A stretch of DNA of 64,000 bases from Promethearchaeia archaeon (GCA_029856045.1 JAHQWG010000016.1:384001-448000), one strand, 5' to 3'; shown: positions 19,617 through 30,639, counted from the stretch's first letter. Notes: generated from the letters alone by a model not told the origin. Program-made: numbers and translations.

Positions 19617-20753
19617 TTAACGAGTAATCATCAACTGCTCTAACTCTTCTCTCATTTTTTTAATTTTAGGTTTTTCAAAATGCTCTCGAGCTGGACTCAA
19701 AATATCAATTATCTTATTTGCAATGCCATTTTTTAGGTCGAGAGGATGAATTTTTTTATCTAAAAATGCATCTTCCAATTCTTGGTAGGAAAAAAATTCT
19801 ATATCGCCACCATATTGCGCAGACCTCTCGATCAGAAAATGAGAGTCTTTTTCTCTGAAGAAAATTGATTTTGCCCAATCTAAAATTGGATTAAATGTTA
19901 TATTACCTTCAGGACAGAATGCAGATTGTATTTTATTTTTTATTTCTTGAGGGCTATCATGAATGAAGACAGCTGATTTTGGTACCGATTTGCTCATTTT
20001 CATTTGAGCCCATAATTCTTGCAGTTGAAATTCATCTGAAACTGGCCATATTAGTGGTTTTTGTAACCCTAAGATTAAATGATGATGGACGCAAATAGGC
20101 TTAATTTTATCGCCAGTTGTATTCACTAGGTTATTCTTCTTCATTTTCATTGCAACGTCTCGAGCAATCACATGAGCTTTTCTTTGGTCATAACCGGCGT
20201 GAGCAAAATTAATATTTTGGATAAAAATATCAGCAACTTGCATAGCTGGGTATAATAATTTTGCGAAATCAATATTTTCTCCCATTTTCCTCCCCATTAT
20301 TGTAATGCTCCTTTGCATTCGGTTTAAAGTTGTATTTTTACAAACATCGATGACTGTTTCCCAATAATTATCGTTGTAATGATATAACTCTGTGCCAAGC
20401 GCGAAATCAACCTTATCTGGGTCAGCTCCAACGCACAGTAAGCTTGCCTTTAACCCTTCTTTAAAATATCCAACTGCAACTTCCTTAATTTTTTCCATAT
20501 CACCTCCCAATTTGTCGTTGATATAACTATGCCAATCAGCTAGGAAAATTGAGCATTTTATTCCAGCATCCAAAAAATCTTTAATTTTACCCATACAGAT
20601 AAGCCCAGTTCCTAAATGAATCTTTCCCGAAACTTCGAAGCCAATATAGTGATTTAGGGGGATCCCTGTTCCAAGATAAAGTTTTAAATCGTCATCAGTA
20701 AGTACTTCTTCAGTCCCTCTTTTAATTAAGTTAAATTTTTCTTCAACGTCCAT
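19617..20753 (-). CDS. tyrS: Tyrosine--tRNA ligase (archaeal/eukaryotic type)
   Basis: YIGFEVSGKIHLG, YPAMQVADI, GYDQRKAH, KMSKS. Confidence 0.96.
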   Translation of the reverse strand: MDVEEKFNLIKRGTEEVLTDDDLKLYLGTGIPLNHYIGFEVSGKIHLGTGLICMGKIKDFLDAGIKCSIFLADWHSYINDKLGGDMEKIKEVAVGYFKEGLKASLLCVGADPDKVDFALGTELYHYNDNYWETVIDVCKNTTLNRMQRSITIMGRKMGENIDFAKLLYPAMQVADIFIQNINFAHAGYDQRKAHVIARDVAMKMKKNNLVNTTGDKIKPICVHHHLILGLQKPLIWPVSDEFQLQELWAQMKMSKSVPKSAVFIHDSPQEIKNKIQSAFCPEGNITFNPILDWAKSIFFREKDSHFLIERSAQYGGDIEFFSYQELEDAFLDKKIHPLDLKNGIANKIIDILSPAREHFEKPKIKKMREELEQLMITR

Positions 20754-21017
20754 ATTAGGAAATAAAAAACCCCTCTTTAATTATTTTATTAATAACATGG
20801 GTTTAAAGCAAGTAACTTTTAACTCCATTCTAATGGAGATTCTCTAATATTTTAAGATTACTTTTCTAAAACAATGGATATAACAATATTTCAATCTAAA
20901 TTAGATGTTATTAATCCAATCCATAAAAAACTTTAAATTGTTGATAAATAAAAATTATTTAATTATCTGAATTCAATTAAATAAAGTGATTAAAAACCAA
21001 AATCAAGTGAATAAAAT

Positions 21018-21725
21018 ATGAGTGTAAAAACATTTTTCGAAAATCTTTGCTTATTTGTGGGTGGAACTGTTTTAATCTTAGGAAATATATATCACGATGT
21101 TATGTTTATTACTATAGGTTCATTAATGGGAGTGATTTCTCTTGTTCTAGCAATATTGATAACAATTGAAAAGAAAGATGAGGAGAATCTCACGGAAAAG
21201 ATATATTATAATGCTCTTAATTATCTCTATATCGTTGGAATAATTTTAACTATTGGATTCCCTATTGCAGATCCTACAGTACAACGACTCTTATTTGATG
21301 TCGCATTGACTATTGCTACATTTATGATTCTTATTTTTATATGGAATATTTTATATTTTAAATATAGCTTTATGAAAATTGATATAGCAGACACAGATTT
21401 TCGAGATCCAACTAAAAAAATATTACTTCCTAGATTCCTTCTTGTATCATTACTCTTAGGCTTTATACTCGGAGGTATCAATTTCGTTATAAAATTTTTA
21501 TATACCTCTATTTCTGTTAGTACTGGTTCAAGCGACACAGCTTTCAAGATGTCAAGTTATATTTTACTTATAGTAGTGGCAGTATTTGTTTTAATACTAA
21601 TCTTTTATCAAAAATTCCAGAAAATGGGCGAAAAAATTAAAGAGAGTAAAAAGGAAAAACCCAAGAAACCTACAAAGAAAAAGCAAGAATCCAAAAAAGA
21701 AACACCTCCTACTCCAGAAAAATAA
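21018..21725 (+). CDS. Hypothetical multi-pass membrane protein with Lys-rich tail
   Basis: About six hydrophobic segments; KKEKPKKPTKKK tail. Confidence 0.7.
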   Translation: MSVKTFFENLCLFVGGTVLILGNIYHDVMFITIGSLMGVISLVLAILITIEKKDEENLTEKIYYNALNYLYIVGIILTIGFPIADPTVQRLLFDVALTIATFMILIFIWNILYFKYSFMKIDIADTDFRDPTKKILLPRFLLVSLLLGFILGGINFVIKFLYTSISVSTGSSDTAFKMSSYILLIVVAVFVLILIFYQKFQKMGEKIKESKKEKPKKPTKKKQESKKETPPTPEK

Positions 21726-21762
21726 AAACTATAAAAGAAATAAAATTAGAAGAAAATCCAAG

Positions 21763-22398
21763 TTATTTTTTATTTATCTTTATAATTGAAAGAACTTCCT
21801 TTATCTCTTCTAAAAACTTAGTTTCATTGCGAAATAGGATTCCAATCATTCCAATTTGTTCAGCCACTTTAACATTTTTTCTGTTATCATCAATGAAAAT
21901 GCATTCACTCGGCTTATAATTTATATGCTCTAATATATATAAAAATATTTTAGGGTCTGGTTTTATCATTCCAAGTTCATATGAGTAAAAAACTTGGTTA
22001 AAATGTTCTCGGAAGTCTATTATATTTTTTGCAAGAAATTCTACATGCAAGGGGTTGGTATTTGAAAGAGCAAAAACATTATACTTCTTATCTTGTTTTA
22101 TTTTTTTTATAAAATCAAGAAGCTTATAGTTAAGTGAATCAAAAATGCTATTGAACATATTAAAAAATTCTTCTTTACCTACATCTTGAAATTGAAATCT
22201 TTTTTTCGCTTCCCAATAAAAATCTTCTTTAGAAAATAAGCCCTTATCAAATTTTTCGATTGGCTCCCATAGATCTTTATAAATATTAATCTCTTTATTG
22301 TCTGATACTGGGAGTATTTTCTTGTAAAAATCTCTCATATTCAGATTAACAATAACGTTGCCAAGATCAAAAATTAAAGCCTTGATTGTGTTGTTCAT
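21763..22398 (-). CDS. HAD-family phosphatase
   Basis: FDLGNV, LSNT, KPDPKIF, FIDD. Confidence 0.9.
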   Translation of the reverse strand: MNNTIKALIFDLGNVIVNLNMRDFYKKILPVSDNKEINIYKDLWEPIEKFDKGLFSKEDFYWEAKKRFQFQDVGKEEFFNMFNSIFDSLNYKLLDFIKKIKQDKKYNVFALSNTNPLHVEFLAKNIIDFREHFNQVFYSYELGMIKPDPKIFLYILEHINYKPSECIFIDDNRKNVKVAEQIGMIGILFRNETKFLEEIKEVLSIIKINKK

Positions 22399-22500
22399 AT
22401 TTAAATAAAGTAAAGAATGAAAGGATTAAAATATTCTTTTTAAAACAATGTAGTAAAAAAATCTTGCCTTTATGTCTTAGAAGAACAGCGATAAATAAAA

Positions 22501-23013
22501 TTATGCACGTATAATTACCTTTACTAACCCTTTTTTGCGTAACTTTTCCATCATTTGTTCTATTTCTTCAACAGACTTTTCAGCAATCGCGGCAACCTGT
22601 TCTAACGAGCTGTTTCCATCACAAATCTTCAAAACTTTATATTCTTCGGGAGTGAGCATTCCAAATTGTATTGAAATCTCTGAAACTTCTTTAACAACTA
22701 TTGGAATTCGAGCACCTACACCACCGTAAGATTCAGTAGCTGGAGCTTCACCAAAAAATGCTTTGGCTCCTGTGATCTCATATTTATCATTTATATAAAT
22801 ATGGATATTATGTTCTTCCCCAGATCTATCATCTGGATTATCGAGATCCGGTTTTGAATTAACATGTGGATAGCGCTTAGTATAAATACCAGTTTGAAGA
22901 CCATTGTGAATTTCTTCTTTATCAATCGTCAAAGGGACCATTTCTTGACATATATCACACCAGACCCAGGCCTCTATCAGTTTAAAATATTTTTTTACTT
23001 TATTTATAGGCAT
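22501..23013 (-). CDS. Hypothetical protein: CxxC N-terminus plus C-terminal winged helix
   Basis: WCDIC; LTPEEYKVLKICDGNSSLEQVA...LRKKGLV. Confidence 0.7.
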   Translation of the reverse strand: MPINKVKKYFKLIEAWVWCDICQEMVPLTIDKEEIHNGLQTGIYTKRYPHVNSKPDLDNPDDRSGEEHNIHIYINDKYEITGAKAFFGEAPATESYGGVGARIPIVVKEVSEISIQFGMLTPEEYKVLKICDGNSSLEQVAAIAEKSVEEIEQMMEKLRKKGLVKVIIRA

Positions 23014-23235
23014 AATTAAACCAATATATCATATAAATTAAATAAATATTACTACATTTTTAGAGCACAGATAATATAATAAAAATAGTTTTGTTAGAAT
23101 TTAAATATTAAATCATAATTTATGTTCGGCATGTAATAATCGAAAATCCAGAAAAAATTGAAGACCTATATTTTTTAATTATTAATCTCATTTCATACTT
23201 AATAAGATTAATAATAAAAATAAGGAAGATCTACG

Positions 23236-24120
23236 ATGCCAAAAGCAAAGGTAAATAATATAGAGATTGAATATGAGACAATCGGGGACCCAATTTCAAA
23301 ACCGTTGTTATTGATAGCCGGACTGGGAAGCCAGATGCTTGCTTGGTCGGATGAGATGTGCGAAAGTTTTGCAAATCGTGGCTTTTTTGTCATAAGATTC
23401 GACAACCGAGATATTGGCTTGTCAACAAAACTTGAAGATGCAGGTATGCCGGACTTTATGGAGATTAATGCTGTCTATGCCAGTGGAGAAATACCCAAAT
23501 TACCATACACTTTAGAGGATATGGCTGGTGATGCCATTGGTGTCTTGGATGCTCTGAATATTGATAAAGCACACGTTTTCGGTGCTTCTATGGGTGGAAT
23601 GATAGCACAGATTATAGCATATACCCATCCATCTCGGGTGCTATCTCTCACAGTAATTATGAGCACAACTGCAAATCCCGAACTACCTCCTTCGAAGCCA
23701 GAAATCTTAATGCAATTCTTTGCACCTGTTTCTTCAGAGCGCGAGGCATATATTGAAGAAATGGTCAAGCGCGATAGTCTCATTCACGGCACTTTTGCTT
23801 ATGATGAAGATCAATCAAGAGAGTATAGAACAAAGGAGTATGATCGCAGTTATTATCCTGAAGGGGTAGCGCGCCAATTAGCAGCAATGGCTGTTCCTGG
23901 CAATATTAAACCCAAAATTTCAGCAATACGAGCGCCTACGCTTGTTATTCATGGGAGTGAAGATCCATTTAACCTTGTTGAAGCGGGCAAAGATATCGCA
24001 GCAACGATACCTGGAGCAGAATTATTGATCTTGGATGGAATGGGGCACATTTTTCCCCGTGAAGTCTTACCACGAATTGTAAACGCATTAGTCGCAAATA
24101 GCAACAAGATTGGTAATTAG
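23236..24120 (+). CDS. Alpha/beta hydrolase (esterase)
   Basis: FDNRDIG, GASMGG, HGSEDP, GMGH catalytic triad. Confidence 0.92.
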   Translation: MPKAKVNNIEIEYETIGDPISKPLLLIAGLGSQMLAWSDEMCESFANRGFFVIRFDNRDIGLSTKLEDAGMPDFMEINAVYASGEIPKLPYTLEDMAGDAIGVLDALNIDKAHVFGASMGGMIAQIIAYTHPSRVLSLTVIMSTTANPELPPSKPEILMQFFAPVSSEREAYIEEMVKRDSLIHGTFAYDEDQSREYRTKEYDRSYYPEGVARQLAAMAVPGNIKPKISAIRAPTLVIHGSEDPFNLVEAGKDIAATIPGAELLILDGMGHIFPREVLPRIVNALVANSNKIGN

Positions 24121-24241
24121 AATAGTTTAAAAACTATTTAGTTAAAAAAAACTTTAATAATATTAATAAATAGATTCTAATCTCTTCCAATCTAGATTAT
24201 AGTTTATTAGAATAATCTTTATTGATGTAAATATAAATTTA

Positions 24242-24418
24242 ATACTTAATTCGGAACTCGAGGCGTCAAAAATTCGTCTACTTGAATATGAAAGCAAAGA
24301 AGTATTTGATCAATTTGGTGCACAGTCCATAAACTCGTGCATTAAAGCGAGGGTGTGATATCCAGGTGATACGAGGGAAAGGGACTTAAAGCTTGCGAAA
24401 TTATTTATGTCGTTATAA
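24242..24418 (+). pseudogene. Remnant of an ATP-grasp acyl-CoA synthetase (AcdB/SucC-like N-terminus)
   Basis: Manual translation ILNSELEASKIRLLEYESKEVFDQFG...KARV*YP resembles 'LLEHEAKE.L..YG...IGYP'; internal TGA, no start codon. Confidence 0.5.
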
Positions 24419-24471
24419 ATAGATTCAAAAAAATAAAATATTAAAGTTATAGATAATTTTTTTAAATGATT

Positions 24472-24633
24472 ATGGAACAATGTTCATGTTGCGGTAGAAA
24501 AATTACTCCATATGAAAACGCGGTTCATTTCCCATGTCCAAATTGCGGAGACGTAACAATTTGGCGTTGTGAAAAATGTAGAGAAGCGGGTAACAGTTAC
24601 ACTTGCATTAAATGCGATTTTCTTGGCCCTTAA
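24472..24633 (+). CDS. Small Zn-finger protein (HVO_2753/DUF1610 family)
   Basis: Not in ORF track. MEQCSCCGRKITPYENAVHFPCPNCGDVTIWRCEKCREAGNSYTCIKCDFLGP; four CxxC, at the usual position upstream of EF-1beta. Confidence 0.92.
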   Translation: MEQCSCCGRKITPYENAVHFPCPNCGDVTIWRCEKCREAGNSYTCIKCDFLGP

Positions 24634-24720
24634 TTAACTATAAATAATATTTATTATGTAACATTAAAATTTATCAAACTTACTCATATAATATTTAAAT
24701 TTTAAGAAGGTTATAAGGAA

Positions 24721-24990
24721 ATGGGAAAATTTTATGTTGGAATAATTGAGGTAATTCCAGAGGGTATTGATGCTGATTTTAATAAAATCGTAGAAGAATT
24801 AAAAAAAAGACTTCCTGAAGATGCTTCACTTGTAAAATATGATCAAATCCCGATCGCTTTTGGATTGGAAAAATTGAGAGTACAGGTAAAATTCCCAGAA
24901 GAAATGGGTTCAGCCGACTCAATTGAAGAAGATTGGGTTCAAATTGAAGGAATTCAACGTGTAGAAACAATTTTGATTTCAAAGGCGTGA
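24721..24990 (+). CDS. ef1b: Elongation factor 1-beta
   Basis: PIAFGL motif, 89 aa, gene context. Confidence 0.92.
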   Translation: MGKFYVGIIEVIPEGIDADFNKIVEELKKRLPEDASLVKYDQIPIAFGLEKLRVQVKFPEEMGSADSIEEDWVQIEGIQRVETILISKA

Positions 24991-25025
24991 AAGTTAAACG
25001 TTCTCTACAAACACTTTTTTTATAT

Positions 25026-26876
25026 TTATACTATTCTTTTAAACATCTTATCAAGCTCTCTAAAGGAAATTACTCTAAACGTGGGCCTTCCATGTGCGCA
25101 ATGATATGGGTCTTTGCATTTTGATAGATCTATAACCAACCTTCTAATGTCTTTCGTTGTGAGATAATCCCCTCCCCGAATGCTTTTATGACATGCAAGA
25201 TAATTGATAATCCCCTCTTCAGATTCGGAGAAACTTTGCTGTTTTCCCATATATGCGATTTCCTCGATCATATCTTTAAGCACATCTAGTTTGGGGAGCT
25301 TTTCAAAAATTGCTGGTATCGCCCTTAAAATAAAAGTATTCCCTCCAAATTTTTCTAATTCGAATCCAAATTTATTTATTTCGTTTAAATGTTCTTTTAA
25401 AAAAAAGGATTCAGCTGGAGAGATATTAATTTTTAAGGGAGAAATTAATTGCTGTTTTTGAACTTTCGAACCTCTATATTGATTTAAAAACTTTTCTTTC
25501 ATAATACGTTCAGAAGCTGCATGTTGGTCTATAATCAATATTGCCGGGTTACCATTCTCATCCTTACTTTCAAATAGCACATATATATGATTACTCAATT
25601 GTCCTGTTCTGGAGATAAATCGCATCTTAGGTAGAGTTTTCGTGATAATTTCAAATTTTTCTTCAAATTTACCCTCGGACGTTAGTTTAGTTTGTATCAT
25701 TTCCTTCGATTTTGCTGAATCGATAATGTTTGAACCAGATTGAAAATTTAATAGTTGTTCTTTCGCTATTATAGATTGATCATCTATATTAACTGTAATA
25801 TTTTTTAAATCAGATTGAATTTCCTCTTTCTCTTTGTCAATAAATGTTTCCAACGGTTGTGTAATTATTTCCTCCTTTTTTGGTAGGAATAACTCATCCA
25901 AATGAGCCTTTAATGCATTTTCTATGAATGGAAATAAAATTTTTTCATTATTAAAGCGAACAGTCATCTTTTGGGGATGAATATTAAAGTCTACAAAAGC
26001 AGGATTTATATCCAAATTTAAAATAAAGAATGGAAACCTCCCAACCATTAAGAAACCTTTATACGCATCCTTAATTACTTCAAAAAATTTATCAGATACA
26101 ACATATCTCTTATTAAGAAATAAACTGGAACTATTTCTTTTTTTTTTCGAAATTTCTGGGTCGCCTAGCAAGCCGGACAATGCAAATAGCCCATCCGGAT
26201 GGATATAATCGATTGGATACATTTTTTTCGCAGTTTCTTTTCCATATATATGGAAAACCATATCTTTTAAATCATCTGAAGATGGACAATTAAGAATATC
26301 TAAATCATTGTGTTGATAAACAAAATGAATTTGAGGATAACCTAAGACATATCTAGTGATTACATCGGTAATATGACCAAGTTCCACCCTGTTAGTTTTT
26401 AAAAATTTTTGTCTCGCAGGAATATTATAGAATAGATTTTTTACTTTAATATTCGTTCCGACAGGAGCTGAAATTTCCTTTTTTTCAATAACCGCCCCGC
26501 CATGAATTACGATGGTCGGACTTAAATCATCATTTTTAGTGTGTGTTATTAATTCTACTTGTGAAACTACTGCGATACTACTAAGAGCTTCTCCCCGAAA
26601 TCCTAATGTTGTTAGAGTATCTAAATCTTCAAATTTCTCAATTTTTCCGCTTGTATAACGATCAAAAGCGATTTCTACATCCTCTTTTTCAATACCGCAC
26701 CCATCATCAATTACTTGAATTAAACTTTTTCCAGCATTTTTAATGATAATCTTGATGTTCTTTGCGCCTGCATCAATCGAATTTTCCACCAATTCTTTAA
26801 CAACAGAAGCAGGGCGTTCAACAACTTCTCCTGCAGCAATTTTTTCGAAATCAATTATTTTTTTTATTCGCCGCAT
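25026..26876 (-). CDS. mutL: DNA mismatch repair endonuclease MutL
   Basis: AAGEVVERPASVVKELVENSIDAGA, GFRGEAL, DQHAASER, CAHGRP. Confidence 0.97.
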   Translation of the reverse strand: MRRIKKIIDFEKIAAGEVVERPASVVKELVENSIDAGAKNIKIIIKNAGKSLIQVIDDGCGIEKEDVEIAFDRYTSGKIEKFEDLDTLTTLGFRGEALSSIAVVSQVELITHTKNDDLSPTIVIHGGAVIEKKEISAPVGTNIKVKNLFYNIPARQKFLKTNRVELGHITDVITRYVLGYPQIHFVYQHNDLDILNCPSSDDLKDMVFHIYGKETAKKMYPIDYIHPDGLFALSGLLGDPEISKKKRNSSSLFLNKRYVVSDKFFEVIKDAYKGFLMVGRFPFFILNLDINPAFVDFNIHPQKMTVRFNNEKILFPFIENALKAHLDELFLPKKEEIITQPLETFIDKEKEEIQSDLKNITVNIDDQSIIAKEQLLNFQSGSNIIDSAKSKEMIQTKLTSEGKFEEKFEIITKTLPKMRFISRTGQLSNHIYVLFESKDENGNPAILIIDQHAASERIMKEKFLNQYRGSKVQKQQLISPLKINISPAESFFLKEHLNEINKFGFELEKFGGNTFILRAIPAIFEKLPKLDVLKDMIEEIAYMGKQQSFSESEEGIINYLACHKSIRGGDYLTTKDIRRLVIDLSKCKDPYHCAHGRPTFRVISFRELDKMFKRIV

Positions 26877-26891
26877 AAATAATTACCTCTA

Positions 26892-29639
26892 TTAATCATT
26901 AGATTCAATATCTTCTATTTTTTTCTTTATTTCACTCAATTTCTCTATTGCTTTTAGTGGAGTAATATTGTTAATATCGATATTATTAATAATCTCAAAT
27001 AATCTTTTATATTCTTCATTTATTTCATGTTTTATTTTCAAAATTGGCTTAAAAAATGATGTTTGTACAGTTTTTCCAGATTTTTTTATTTCTTTTTTCC
27101 TAAGTCTAGGAGTCTCCTTTTTTATATTATTTCCATTTCTAATTGTTTCTCTAAAAGTATCATTTTTTTCTATCTGTTCAAGAACCTTAAAAGCTCTTAC
27201 AATCGTATCTTCTGGAATACCAGCAAGTCGTGCAATATGTATGCCATACGATTTATCTGTACTTCCTTCTTGAACTTTTCTAATAAATGTTATATTACTT
27301 TCCTCATCTTCCTTTATATCTAAATGATAATTTTTTACTCGAGGAAGTTTAATTTCGGTAAGCTGATGAAAATGCGTAGAAAATAAAGTTTTTACTTTCA
27401 TGGAATGTAATTTTTCTAAAGTTGCTATTGCTATTGCACCTCCATCTGAGGATGATGTCCCCCTCCCTAACTCGTCAATGATTATAAGGCTTTTTGGAGT
27501 AGAATAATTAAGGATTTTTGCAGTTTCGTTCATTTCTATCATGAAAGTGCTTAATCGTCTCGCAAGGTCGTCTGAGGCTCCAATTCTTGTAAAAATTCTG
27601 TCAATAATCCCAATTTCCGCCGATTTTGCTGGGACAAAACTCCCCATTTGTGCAATCAAACAAATTAATGCCACTTGTCTTAAAAATGTTGATTTTCCTG
27701 CCATATTCGGTCCTGTGATTATCAAGATTTGTTCTTTCTCCGTATCCATATAGCAATCATTTGGTATAAATGGTTCTGAAAAATTAATCTGTTCGACAAT
27801 AGGATGACGCCCATCTTTAATAATTATCTTATCATCATCTCGTATAATCGGTCTGCAATAATCATATTTTTCTGCAATTTCAGCAAAAGTACATAATACA
27901 TCAATCATTGCAATTGATTCAGAAACGTTTCCAATATCAACAGTGTGCATAATTACTTTCTCTCTTATTTCTGAAAACAGTTGATACTCCAAATCATTAA
28001 TTGATTCCTCAGCTGTTATAATTTTTTCCTCCCATTCATTGAGTTCTTTACTTTTATATCTTACAGCATTTTTTATAGACGACCTTGATATAAATTCTTC
28101 GGGAAAATTTCTAATTTTGGATTTTGTAGCATTAGTAATTTCTATAAAATATCCTAAAATGTTATTATGCGATACCTTAATCCCTGTTTGTATTGCAAAA
28201 CGTCGTTTTAACGATTTCTCAAATTTTAACATCCAACTTTTTCCATTATTGATTATGTCTCGATATTCATCGACTATTTGATTATAACCTTCTTTAATTA
28301 TTCCACCTTCTTTTATGGTAGTTGGAGGATTTTCTGCAATGGAATTCTTAATTAAGTCTCGAATTACTGAAAAATCTTTAATTTTTTTTAAAAAACTTTC
28401 TAATTCTGGAGTTTTTCCTTTTTTCAACAAATCTATAATTTCTGGAATTATTTCGAGTGAATTTTTCAAATTTAATAAATCTCTCGCATTTGCAGAACGA
28501 GAATAATTAATCTTATTAATAATTCGCTCAAGATCCCCCATTTTCTCAAGTCTATCCCGAAGATCAGACCTTAAAAAAACATCATCCTTAAATTTTTGAA
28601 CGATTTCTAATCGTTGGTTAATTTGATCTTTATTTATAAGTGGTTCTACAATAATTTTAGCTAATAAACGACCACCCATAGGCGTTTGAGTATGATTAAA
28701 AATGGAAAAAAGAGTTGCATCTTTTCCTCGGTCCCTAATATTCCTTAATAGTTCTAAATTTCTCTGAGTAGAATAATCTAAATTTAATACGTCCTTTTGT
28801 TTAATAACCTTAATTTGAAAAATATTTGGTATAATATCTCTTTGAGTTTCCTTTAAAAATGCTAGTAAGCCACCAGAGGCTTGCACTGCTATTTGTAAAT
28901 ATTCTAAATCAAAAGGTTCAAGATTACTCAAATTAAAATGCTTAACAATTATGGAATATCCATTTTCATATTCAAAAACATAATCTTGAAATTCTTTTAT
29001 TATACATTTACTAATATCTTTAATTTTTATTATGAAATCCTCATCTTGATAAAGATTAGAGGGAACAATTAACTCAACTGGACTATATCGAGAAAAAATC
29101 GCTAAAAGATCTTCCTCAGCAATACCTTCTTTTGATTCAAATTGAGTGGTTGAAAATTCTCCAGTTGATAAATCGGCAAATGCAATCCCATAGCCTTTTT
29201 TACCTTTAAAAATCGAAGAAATGTAATTATTCTCATTTGTTTTAAGCATATCCGATTCGATAATTGTTCCAGGTGACATTATCCTCACTACACCTCGCTT
29301 GACAATTCTTCCCCTCGCATCTGCTGGGTCCTCTAGCTGCTCCACAATAACAACAGTTTCTCCTAAATTCACAAGATTTTTAAAATAATTTCCAGAGTGA
29401 TGTGGAACACCAGCTAATGGATAAGAGTCTTTTCCTCCAAATGTTCTTCTTGTGAGCGTAATACCTAATAATTTTGAAATTCTAATTGCATCATCATAAA
29501 AGAACTCAAAAAAATCTCCCATCCGATATGCAACCAACTGATTTGAATATTTGGATTTAATATCGTACCAATGACGCATCATAGGCGTAAGTTTATTGGG
29601 GTTTAAGTCCTTGTAAGAACTCATTGAGAAGTATATCAC
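26892..29639 (-). CDS. mutS: DNA mismatch repair protein MutS (MutS1)
   Basis: TPMMRHW, GDFFEFF, TGPNMAGKST, DELGRGTS, SYGIHIARLAG. Confidence 0.97.
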   Translation of the reverse strand: MIYFSMSSYKDLNPNKLTPMMRHWYDIKSKYSNQLVAYRMGDFFEFFYDDAIRISKLLGITLTRRTFGGKDSYPLAGVPHHSGNYFKNLVNLGETVVIVEQLEDPADARGRIVKRGVVRIMSPGTIIESDMLKTNENNYISSIFKGKKGYGIAFADLSTGEFSTTQFESKEGIAEEDLLAIFSRYSPVELIVPSNLYQDEDFIIKIKDISKCIIKEFQDYVFEYENGYSIIVKHFNLSNLEPFDLEYLQIAVQASGGLLAFLKETQRDIIPNIFQIKVIKQKDVLNLDYSTQRNLELLRNIRDRGKDATLFSIFNHTQTPMGGRLLAKIIVEPLINKDQINQRLEIVQKFKDDVFLRSDLRDRLEKMGDLERIINKINYSRSANARDLLNLKNSLEIIPEIIDLLKKGKTPELESFLKKIKDFSVIRDLIKNSIAENPPTTIKEGGIIKEGYNQIVDEYRDIINNGKSWMLKFEKSLKRRFAIQTGIKVSHNNILGYFIEITNATKSKIRNFPEEFISRSSIKNAVRYKSKELNEWEEKIITAEESINDLEYQLFSEIREKVIMHTVDIGNVSESIAMIDVLCTFAEIAEKYDYCRPIIRDDDKIIIKDGRHPIVEQINFSEPFIPNDCYMDTEKEQILIITGPNMAGKSTFLRQVALICLIAQMGSFVPAKSAEIGIIDRIFTRIGASDDLARRLSTFMIEMNETAKILNYSTPKSLIIIDELGRGTSSSDGGAIAIATLEKLHSMKVKTLFSTHFHQLTEIKLPRVKNYHLDIKEDEESNITFIRKVQEGSTDKSYGIHIARLAGIPEDTIVRAFKVLEQIEKNDTFRETIRNGNNIKKETPRLRKKEIKKSGKTVQTSFFKPILKIKHEINEEYKRLFEIINNIDINNITPLKAIEKLSEIKKKIEDIESND

Positions 29640-29805
29640 TAATTTCCTTAATTATTTACCTAATTAAAATATAATTTCTTAATTTAAATAAAATATCTCC
29701 GTTAAATTTTAATGATTTTTATTAAGATGATAACATAATACAAAGCTTTTTTTTAGATTTTAATTCTTTTTAATTAAAAAATGATTAATAGAAGAAAGTT
29801 ATTTT

Positions 29806-30639
29806 ATGAAGCATTTAGAAAGTGAATTTGAGGGTATTAAAGGATTAAAAATATATTATCAAGCATGGTTTCCAGAAACTCCTAAGGCTGTTATTCAGAT
29901 TGTACATGGATTTGGTAGTCATTCTGATAGATATTTGAATGTTGTAAATGAGTTAGTTCCAATTGATTATGCAATTTATGCTGATGATCGTAGAGGTCAA
30001 GGTAAATCCGAAGGAAAAAGAAATTATGCAGATTCTCTTGATCAGTATGTAGAAGATGAAAAATTGTTATATGAAATAATAAAAAAACAACATCCTAATT
30101 TACCAATTTTTATGCTGGGTCACTCTATGGGTTCATTTATTGCGGTATATTTCACAAAGAAATATGAAAATTTGTTAAATGGTCTTATCCTTTCGGGCAC
30201 AGGTACAAAAGCTGGCAGAAAAGTAAGTAGATTTTTAAAATTTATTGCTAAACTCTTCTCAAAAATTGCGCCACATATGAAAATAAGTACAGGACTTGAT
30301 GCAAAATTACTCAGCCACGACCCTGAAGTAGTAAGAAATTACGAACAAGACCCCTATGTTCATAAAGATAAAATTTCTATGAGACTTAGCTTTGAGGTGT
30401 TAAAATATTTCAATGAAGTTCAAACATTTGTGAATACTTTTAAACTTCCATTATTAGTTCAATGTGGCTCAGAAGATAAATTAACCGCAGGAACAGAAAT
30501 TCTTAAAGACATATTTAAAATGGAAGATAAAACCATTATTATTTACGATGGTTTATATCACGAGGTTTATAATGAAGTAGAAGAAGATCGGGAAAAGGTC
30601 TTAAAAGATCTTAGTGATTGGTTAGAAAAACATGTTTAA
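29806..30639 (+). CDS. Lysophospholipase/monoacylglycerol lipase
   Basis: VHGFG, GHSMG, HEVYNE. Confidence 0.9.
   Translation: MKHLESEFEGIKGLKIYYQAWFPETPKAVIQIVHGFGSHSDRYLNVVNELVPIDYAIYADDRRGQGKSEGKRNYADSLDQYVEDEKLLYEIIKKQHPNLPIFMLGHSMGSFIAVYFTKKYENLLNGLILSGTGTKAGRKVSRFLKFIAKLFSKIAPHMKISTGLDAKLLSHDPEVVRNYEQDPYVHKDKISMRLSFEVLKYFNEVQTFVNTFKLPLLVQCGSEDKLTAGTEILKDIFKMEDKTIIIYDGLYHEVYNEVEEDREKVLKDLSDWLEKHV

Noticed and set aside
24356-24358. In-frame TGA as possible selenocysteine (Lokiarchaeia encode selenoproteins)
   Set aside because: It aligns to a Gly position (GYP), not Cys, inside a startless fragment; no SECIS-like hairpin recognised.
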